This document shows, in pieces, positions 58,228 to 64,000 of a stretch of DNA of 64,000 nt. Below the pieces are notes generated by a model. It saw only the letters and a program-made list of their open reading frames with translations, made no database searches and was not told the DNA's origin. The position numbers and the translations under genes were made by a program. Origin of the DNA: a virus. The stretch is taken from positions 4,357 to 68,356 of the IMG/VR virus record IMGVR_UViG_3300033149_001571; one strand, 5' to 3'. Each line of letters begins with the position of its first letter. Position 1 is the first letter of the stretch.

Positions 58228-58329
58228 TTTTTTAGTTTTTTAGGTTTGCGCTTATTCGATTCTTCGGGTAGGTTCTCTGTGTCGGGCCGCCACGAACCCC
58301 CGCCCGGCAGAAGGAAAGACCAGACCATG
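58228..58329 (+). promoter_or_regulatory. Sigma70-type promoter plus conserved hairpin leader (copy 3)
   Basis: T-tracts, TTGCGC (58246-58251) N17 TAGGTT (58269-58274), GTCGGGCCGCCACGAACCCCCGCCCGG..AAGGAAAGACC..ATG 58327. Confidence 0.75.
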
Positions 58330-59406
58330 TGCTACGAAGACGCCCCCGCTACCCGCCTCCTCGCCACTCACTGCACCATGTGTAGCCGCCCCCTCTTGGA
58401 CGCTCAATCCGTCGAAGCGGGCATGGGCCCGATCTGCCGTAAGAAGTACGGCGCTCCGGCGCATATCGACGAAGAGAGCCGCAAGCGCGCCAATAAGCTA
58501 ATCCACGAAGCCGCGGTGACCGAAGACCCCGCACGCATCCCGGGGATCGTTGCGGAGCTTTGCCTGTTGGAGTGTGACGTAGCCGCGGAGAAGCTCGCGG
58601 AGCGTTGCGGCGCTATCCGAGTCTCCCAGACGGAGGCCGGCTTCTTCACGGCCGTGAGCCCCTACGATCCGGGCTTCGTCGCCGCTTCCCGCTCGCTCCC
58701 CGGCCGCCGGTGGCTCCGCGAGGAGAAGGCGAACCGGTTCGCTCTCGAAGCCATCCCCGGCTTCGTCTCCGCCGCCCGTGAGGCGTACGGAGAGCGCACG
58801 ATCATCCGTATCGATCGCGGAGACCGCTCCCCGATCTGGACGGACTACGCCGGATTCTCGGGCTTCGCCTTCGAGAAGGCGGAGAAGCCCTTCTCCGCGG
58901 CGGCGTCGAAGGTCCCCGTCCACGTCCCCGCGAAGAAGATCGCGAAGCTCACGGGCTCCACGGAGTACGACCCCGCGGACGCTACGAGCCGCTCCGTAGC
59001 CGGTGCCGCTCTCGTGGGTGCGCTCGTATCCGGCGGCTTCGAGAAGGTGACGGACGCCCGCAAGCTCCCCCGCGGCTGCCGCGAAGAGGTGTACGAGATG
59101 CCCGTCTACCAGCGCCCCGGGAAGCCGGAGTGTGGTCACTTCGTACAGGTGTTCTCTAGCGTCGTGGGTGACGGCTTCCGCTCGTGTGGGAAGGACGCGA
59201 TCCGCGTCAAGAGCTTCGTCCGCTTCTGGTCTAAGAAGTCCGGATCATGGGAGCTTCGCACGAAGACCGTGGGCCGTGGCCGCCGCGTCCACCGTACCGG
59301 GACGATCGAAGAGATCACCAATCGCACGGTGGAGCGCGCTCGGGACTGCTACCGCGCCGCGATGGAAGACTACAAGGCGAACCTGGCTAAGCTGGTAAGC
59401 GAGTAG
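58327..59406 (+). CDS. DUF6011 zinc-finger-containing early protein
   Basis: CTMCSRPLLDAQSVEAGMGPIC motif; HARP-like Y.P.FV...R.LPGRRW....K.N.F segment. Confidence 0.7.
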   Translation: MCYEDAPATRLLATHCTMCSRPLLDAQSVEAGMGPICRKKYGAPAHIDEESRKRANKLIHEAAVTEDPARIPGIVAELCLLECDVAAEKLAERCGAIRVSQTEAGFFTAVSPYDPGFVAASRSLPGRRWLREEKANRFALEAIPGFVSAAREAYGERTIIRIDRGDRSPIWTDYAGFSGFAFEKAEKPFSAAASKVPVHVPAKKIAKLTGSTEYDPADATSRSVAGAALVGALVSGGFEKVTDARKLPRGCREEVYEMPVYQRPGKPECGHFVQVFSSVVGDGFRSCGKDAIRVKSFVRFWSKKSGSWELRTKTVGRGRRVHRTGTIEEITNRTVERARDCYRAAMEDYKANLAKLVSE

Positions 59407-59413
59407 GAGACAC

Positions 59414-59435
59414 GAGGGGGGCTACGGCCCCCCTC
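59414..59435 (+). other. Stable RNA hairpin with C-UACG-G tetraloop
   Basis: GAGGGGGGC-TACG-GCCCCCCTC between genes, just before AGGAGG; no U-tract. Confidence 0.6.
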
Positions 59436-59450
59436 TTCGTAGGAGGTAAC

Positions 59451-59894
59451 ATGAAGAAGACGAAGACGAAGACGGAGCGAGCCGGAGACCGGCTCTCTAA
59501 GGCCCTAGATAGGCTCGCTAAGAGCGAGAAGCGGGTGGCTCGGGGGAACGCGCGTACGGAGACTCTCGCCGCTCTGAGAGCCGTACGGGCCGCCGTAGAT
59601 AGCGAGTACCCGATCATCCCTAAAGCGAAGAAGAAGCGCGCGAAGCTCACCCCCGCGCTACGCGCTAACCGCTTGCGAAAGCAAGGGATGGTCATAGTAG
59701 AACACGAACACGTGAGCATCCTGAGAGAAGCCGGGTGTCGCGTCGAATCGGTGCCCGGCACAGGATACTTCGCGCGGGATTGGGCGGTAGCCGCGGCGAG
59801 AGATGGGCTGTGGTTGAGAGAAATTATAGAGCTTGCCCTGAGCCTGAAGAAGCGCCGCGCGTTTATGGCTGAGAAGATGCTCACGGAGGACTAG
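59451..59894 (+). CDS. Basic hypothetical protein
   Basis: AGGAGG RBS, 147 aa. Confidence 0.6.
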   Translation: MKKTKTKTERAGDRLSKALDRLAKSEKRVARGNARTETLAALRAVRAAVDSEYPIIPKAKKKRAKLTPALRANRLRKQGMVIVEHEHVSILREAGCRVESVPGTGYFARDWAVAAARDGLWLREIIELALSLKKRRAFMAEKMLTED

Positions 59895-60325
59895 CCGTAG
59901 ACGCGGCGGATCGTGGTGGCCGATACCGGTCGCCACGTCTTAGAGCTTCCCCGGTCGAAGGTCTCGATTTCGATTCTCTCACCGGACGGAAGCTCTAGCC
60001 AATTCCGAGCGCCGCGAGTCCCCGGAGAGATAAGCGCTAGATCTTCCAGCGCGGAGACCGTAGCCGGGTCGCTCTCCGCTAGAGCTTCTTCGGTGCGTCT
60101 CACCCCGTGGAGAACGGTCGTATGGTCCCGGCGGAAGAATCTCCCGATAGCCGCGAGGCTCCACCCCCTCCGGTGTAGGTCGTACCATACGGACCACCTC
60201 GCGCTCGTGACAGTGCGGGAAGAGACCCCGGCTACGATAGCCGCGGCGGCGGTGCCCCACGATTCCGCGGAAGACTCCGCGAGCTTCACCACGAGCGGAG
60301 CCGGGATCCGGCTAAGCTCTCTCAA
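59891..60325 (-). CDS. DnaA C-terminal-like HTH protein
   Basis: AR......L...G.SL..IGRFF.RDHTTVLHG.RR matches the DnaA domain IV signature. Confidence 0.75.
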   Translation of the reverse strand: MRELSRIPAPLVVKLAESSAESWGTAAAAIVAGVSSRTVTSARWSVWYDLHRRGWSLAAIGRFFRRDHTTVLHGVRRTEEALAESDPATVSALEDLALISPGTRGARNWLELPSGERIEIETFDRGSSKTWRPVSATTIRRVYG

Positions 60326-60500
60326 ATCGACACCTCTCGCACACGAGCACCGTGTACCCGTGCCCGTCTCCGTAGACTACGGAGACGAAGAATCTCCTAC
60401 TCCCCGGACATATCCCCGCCCTCTTGCGGCACCGTGGGCACTTCTGGAACGGTCGGGCGCGGACGGGCCATATGGGCGGATACTCGATCACGGTTGCCAT
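60312..60500 (-). CDS. Small zinc-ribbon protein
   Basis: CPRC and CERC; GCGTAAG-N8-ATG upstream. Confidence 0.5.
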   Translation of the reverse strand: MATVIEYPPIWPVRARPFQKCPRCRKRAGICPGSRRFFVSVVYGDGHGYTVLVCERCRFERA

Positions 60501-60502
60501 GC

Positions 60503-62146
60503 CTACCCCTTACGCTCCGCTCCGAAAATCGATAGCTGTCCCGCTCGCTCCGCCCGCTCCGGCGGCGCTTCGCTCCCGGCGCTCTCCACTGTCACGGAGA
60601 AGCCCGCTCGCGCGTGCTCGATACGGTCCCGCGTCGCGGCTACATGCTCGGGGTCTAGCTCGAAGCCTAGGAAGCTCCGCCCCTCTGCGACCGCCGCTAC
60701 GCCGATAGTCCCGCTCCCCGTGAACGGGTCTAGCACCACGCGCCCCGCTCCCTTCGGAGCCACGAGACGGACGAACCAGCGGCACAAATCGAGAGGCTTC
60801 GCGGTAGGGTGTCGATTCTTACCCGAGAGCCCCGCGCTCTTCTCCCTTACGGACGGCTTCGCCACGTAGCGGAAGGTCGGGAAGAAGCGCGAAGCTCCGC
60901 CGCCGTCTTCGATCCCCGCGTAGTCCACGTCCGCCCCGCTCCCCCATATCCCCGCCTCCGAGTGACTAGCCACGCGCCCGGTCTTAAGGTGCCCGCTCTG
61001 CGAGTCTATCTCTCTCACTGGGCACCCTTCGACGCACCGCCACACCTCCCGCGTACCCGGTCCGGTGCTCTTGCTCTCGAAGCTCTCACCGGCTGCCCCT
61101 CCGAACGGCTTAGCGCCGGAGTCAAATCGGTTAATAACATAGCCCGGATCTTCGGCGGTCCCTAGGTGCTCGCACCCCTCCGCGTGGGAGAGTACGAGAT
61201 TCGCGGGCCACCTCCCCGCGTCCGTCGTGGTCTCTTCGACGTTGATAGCGCCCGTCCCCCACCGTAGGAAGTTACGGGCCACCGTCGCGTTCTGTCCTTC
61301 GATGCGCTCTAGCGGAGCGCGTACGAGATACCAGAACTCCGCGGCGGGTTTTAGCGCCGTCCCTAGACCCACCGCGCTCCGTGCTTCTTCGGACGCCGGC
61401 GCGGTTAGGTCGTAGTCCGCGCTCTGCCCCTTAACCATCCCGTGGTCCTTAGACCCCTTCCCGAATCCCGCGGTCCCCTTCCCGGTCACTTCCCGCCGGT
61501 ACCAGTTCTCTCCGGGCTTCCCCTTCTGTCCGTTTAGCTTCCACACGAGCGCGGCGATCTCTTCCGGCGGCTCCGCGTCTAGCACCTCGAAGAGCTTCGC
61601 GATCTGGTCTAGCCGCGGCACCGCGGGCTGGGACTTGCTCGTAGTCCAGTGTCCCGCCATACCCACGAAGCCGAAGGCCCTATCTATGTCCGCGTTCGTG
61701 AGCCCCTTCGCGTCTCTCGCTTCTCGAATCCACGCGGTGACCCGGAGCACCTCTTCTCGATCGTCCCTCATGCGGTCCAGCGCCTTCTCCACGCTGTGAT
61801 TCTTCGGGAAGCCTTGCCCGTACAGGTGGGAGATCACATCTCGGATCTCGAAGCCCGCCGCTTCGATAGCGCGCGCGGTATGGTGCGCGGTCCGTGGTAG
61901 CGCCCACACGAGACCATGCGACCCCGGCTTAAGCACGCGGAGCGCTTCGGAGAAGATCTCCTCTAGCCACGTCTCCCACGTATTCCAGTCTCCGCGATTC
62001 GAATCCCACGATTTACCCAGGAAAGAGATCCCCGCGGGAGGATCTGTAATCATCGCGTCCGCCGAATTGTCCGGCTCTTTACGAAGACCTTCGAGACAAT
62101 CTCCGAGCACTACGCGAACGCTTGCGCCTTCTTTTGATTCGTCCAC
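60503..62146 (-). CDS. Beta-class N6-A/N4-C DNA methyltransferase with HTH insertion
   Basis: GDCL, TDPPA, RVLKPG, HPTAKP, LDPFTGSGT; XRE-like insert WIREAR..KGLT..DI. Confidence 0.85.
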   Translation of the reverse strand: MDESKEGASVRVVLGDCLEGLRKEPDNSADAMITDPPAGISFLGKSWDSNRGDWNTWETWLEEIFSEALRVLKPGSHGLVWALPRTAHHTARAIEAAGFEIRDVISHLYGQGFPKNHSVEKALDRMRDDREEVLRVTAWIREARDAKGLTNADIDRAFGFVGMAGHWTTSKSQPAVPRLDQIAKLFEVLDAEPPEEIAALVWKLNGQKGKPGENWYRREVTGKGTAGFGKGSKDHGMVKGQSADYDLTAPASEEARSAVGLGTALKPAAEFWYLVRAPLERIEGQNATVARNFLRWGTGAINVEETTTDAGRWPANLVLSHAEGCEHLGTAEDPGYVINRFDSGAKPFGGAAGESFESKSTGPGTREVWRCVEGCPVREIDSQSGHLKTGRVASHSEAGIWGSGADVDYAGIEDGGGASRFFPTFRYVAKPSVREKSAGLSGKNRHPTAKPLDLCRWFVRLVAPKGAGRVVLDPFTGSGTIGVAAVAEGRSFLGFELDPEHVAATRDRIEHARAGFSVTVESAGSEAPPERAERAGQLSIFGAERKG

Positions 62147-62231
62147 GTTCACACGTTACGCGCTTTCGTGTCTCCGTGTGTGGCTTGCGTCCTACATGAG
62201 CGAGCCCCCACACTAGGGAGGGAAGGCACGT

Positions 62232-62423
62232 ATGACTAAGCCTAAAGAAATCACGATAACGATCGGTGGCCGTCTCTTCCAGCTATTGGAACGCACGTAC
62301 GACCGGGCTAAAGACCGCCCCGAGAATCTTAACGTCCCATCTATCTACGATTTCGCTCGTAAGCTCTTAGGTGATCGTCTCGTGAGCTACGCGCGGGAGA
62401 TCGGGGAGATTGACGAAGACTAG
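62232..62423 (+). CDS. Small hypothetical protein
   Basis: 63 aa with GGAGG RBS, heads a plus-strand operon. Confidence 0.55.
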   Translation: MTKPKEITITIGGRLFQLLERTYDRAKDRPENLNVPSIYDFARKLLGDRLVSYAREIGEIDED

Positions 62424-63198
62424 CAAGCGCCGGCGTAAAAGCCGCCTGGTTATGGTGCTCCCGGACCTTCACGTCCCGCACCACGACCCCGCCGCGCTCG
62501 GGTGCGTTCTAAAAGCGTACGAAGCTCTTCGCCCCGAAGAGGTGGTGGTACTCGGGGATTGGCTCGATTGCGAAGCCTTCTCTAGCCACCCGCGTAGCTC
62601 TATGGGGGAGCTTATCGCGCATCGATTCATTGATAACGAGGTGGCCGAATGCGTGGAGATCCTCGATTCTCTACAGAAGTACAGGAACCACCTCGCCTTC
62701 GTAGAAGGTAACCACGAGCAACGGGTGGAGAGGTGGGCGGCGGCTCTAGGGAACGACCTAGGTAAAAGCCTCTACGAACTAATCTCGCCCGCTCACCTTC
62801 TCTCGAAGGGGCGCTCTAACTTTACGTGGGTCGGTTACACCTCTGAGCTTGCACACTACGAGATCGCTCCCGACTTATGGGCTCTCCACGGGTGGAGCTT
62901 CGCGAAGAACGCGGCGCGGATTCATCTAGACCGCGCGATCACGGTCTCGATTGTCTACGGCCATACCCACCGGCAGCAATCCGAGTCACGAAGAGACCCC
63001 GCTACCGGGCGCATCCTAAAATCATGGAGCCCCGGCTGTCTCTCGAAGCTGCAACCCATCTACCGGCAGAACATGCCTACGACGTGGGTCCACGGGTTCT
63101 CTCTCGTGTACGTGGGAGAGAACGGGTGGACGGAGTACACGATCACGATAGACCGCGGCTCGTGCGTGCTTCCAGACGGGACAGAGATCAAGGCATGA
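62410..63198 (+). CDS. Calcineurin-like metallophosphoesterase
   Basis: DLH, GD.LD, GNHE, HG, GHTH. Confidence 0.9.
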   Translation: MTKTSKRRRKSRLVMVLPDLHVPHHDPAALGCVLKAYEALRPEEVVVLGDWLDCEAFSSHPRSSMGELIAHRFIDNEVAECVEILDSLQKYRNHLAFVEGNHEQRVERWAAALGNDLGKSLYELISPAHLLSKGRSNFTWVGYTSELAHYEIAPDLWALHGWSFAKNAARIHLDRAITVSIVYGHTHRQQSESRRDPATGRILKSWSPGCLSKLQPIYRQNMPTTWVHGFSLVYVGENGWTEYTITIDRGSCVLPDGTEIKA

Positions 63199-63533
63199 CC
63201 GTTAAAAGCAATCGATGCCCTGATTCAGAATTCCGTGCGAAGGTCTCGCACCTTCGCACCGTAGCGCCCCCGCCTAAAGGATGCCGAATCGAAGCCCGCC
63301 GGGTGCCGCCTTCCGAGATCGAAGGGTGCTCCGGTACGTGCTCGAAAGATGGGCGTGTCTTCACGGTGAAGATCCGAAACGATCTAAGCGAGCAAGAGAC
63401 CGAAGATACGCTCTTACACGAATGGTCCCACATGCTCGCATGGCGGCCGTACCACCCGCTCTCTGGTGACCATGGGCCGGATTGGGGAGTCTGGTACGCG
63501 GAAGTCTACCGAGCCTTCTACGGTATCGCGTAA
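63195..63533 (+). CDS. Small HExxH metallopeptidase (SprT/ImmA-like)
   Basis: TLLHEWSH and HGPDW; ATG 63195 overlaps upstream TGA. Confidence 0.75.
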   Translation: MTVKSNRCPDSEFRAKVSHLRTVAPPPKGCRIEARRVPPSEIEGCSGTCSKDGRVFTVKIRNDLSEQETEDTLLHEWSHMLAWRPYHPLSGDHGPDWGVWYAEVYRAFYGIA

Positions 63534-63537
63534 GCGC

Positions 63538-63753
63538 TTAGCCGTACCCGCCGATCTTATCTTCTAAAAATTGCATCTCCACATAAGCCACGTCCAGTTG
63601 CTTCTGCGTCTTCTTAAGCGCGGCGGTTAGCCGGTCGATCTCGTCTAGCAGTTCGATCACCTCCTCGGGGCTCCACAGGCCGCGGTGGCTACGGGTGCCC
63701 TCTTCCGCGCGTGCTCGTAATCCCATAAGCTCTGACTCCGCGATCTCTTTCAT
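63538..63753 (-). CDS. Small coiled-coil protein
   Basis: P..V..LLDEIDRL (Ead/Ea22-like) pattern; GCGTAAG-N9-ATG upstream. Confidence 0.55.
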   Translation of the reverse strand: MKEIAESELMGLRARAEEGTRSHRGLWSPEEVIELLDEIDRLTAALKKTQKQLDVAYVEMQFLEDKIGGYG

Positions 63754-63780
63754 CTTCTCCCCCTTACGCCCCGCGTACGC

Positions 63781-63960
63781 TTAGTCGTATTCCCCGGACG
63801 CAAACGCGAAGACCACGATCCCGGAGACTACGAAGACGCTTACGAGGAGTAATAGTCCAGTGAGCCCGGGGAAGATCGCAGATAGAAGCATAGACCCCGC
63901 CACTACGACACCCGCCGTTATGGCCGTCACCCACGCGCACTTGCTCTCGTTTTTATTCAT
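63781..63960 (-). CDS. 59-aa two-helix membrane protein (not in ORF track)
   Basis: MNKNESKCAWVTAITAGVVVAGSMLLSAIFPGLTGLLLLVSVFVVSGIVVFAFASGEYD with AGGAG RBS. Confidence 0.55.
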   Translation of the reverse strand: MNKNESKCAWVTAITAGVVVAGSMLLSAIFPGLTGLLLLVSVFVVSGIVVFAFASGEYD

Positions 63961-64000
63961 CGCTCGTCTTCTCCTCTCGGCGGCCGTCGTTCTCCCAGGG

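Larger units (their letters stand above)
1..64000. mobile_element. Tailed dsDNA bacteriophage (myovirus-type) genome segment
   Basis: Terminase, portal, capsid, sheath, tube, tape measure, baseplate J, endolysin and phage replication genes fill the window; no host housekeeping genes seen. Confidence 0.95.

Noticed and set aside
59913-60869. 318-aa plus-strand ORF
   Set aside because: Overlaps three motif-bearing minus-strand genes and has no recognisable domain
1-64000. Stop-codon (TAG) reassignment suggested by abundant TAG trinucleotides
   Set aside because: Genes are full length under the standard code and many end in TAG; the excess comes from CTA/GTA codons read in other frames
1-64000. 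Prophage boundaries, integrase, tRNA genes and host identity
   Set aside because: No recombinase motifs, att-like repeats, cloverleafs or host genes were recognised; the host cannot be assigned from this window alone

Overview
The whole window is a gene-dense, GC-rich tailed dsDNA phage genome segment with a contractile tail, and almost all genes lie on the minus strand. From left to right: (1) a replication block (DnaB-like helicase, lambda-O-like initiator carrying iteron-like repeats, SF2 helicase, MT-A70 methylase, sigma-like factor); (2) an early block (DUF3150-like gene, HExxH/VWA protein, MoxR-like AAA+ ATPase); (3) a 1972-aa MuF head-morphogenesis protein fused to two excisionase-type HTHs, a HopBF1-like kinase, a degenerate second kinase copy and an R-S-ExE ADP-ribosyltransferase; (4) portal, terminase, lysis genes, baseplate, tape measure, tube, sheath, neck, capsid, scaffold and fibre genes; (5) a right-hand accessory block with two more DNA methylases, a DUF6011 protein, a DnaA-C-like HTH, a metallophosphoesterase and a HExxH peptidase. 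Non-coding signals read directly from the sequence include three sigma70-type promoters sharing a conserved hairpin leader, two motif classes at fixed distance before start codons (GCGTAAG-N8-start and TAnnnT-N6-start, suggesting leaderless mRNAs), a 16-bp tandem array and a candidate non-canonical tail-chaperone frameshift. I saw no integrase, DNA polymerase, tRNA, rRNA or CRISPR array. All family assignments come from motif recognition by eye, not database searches.
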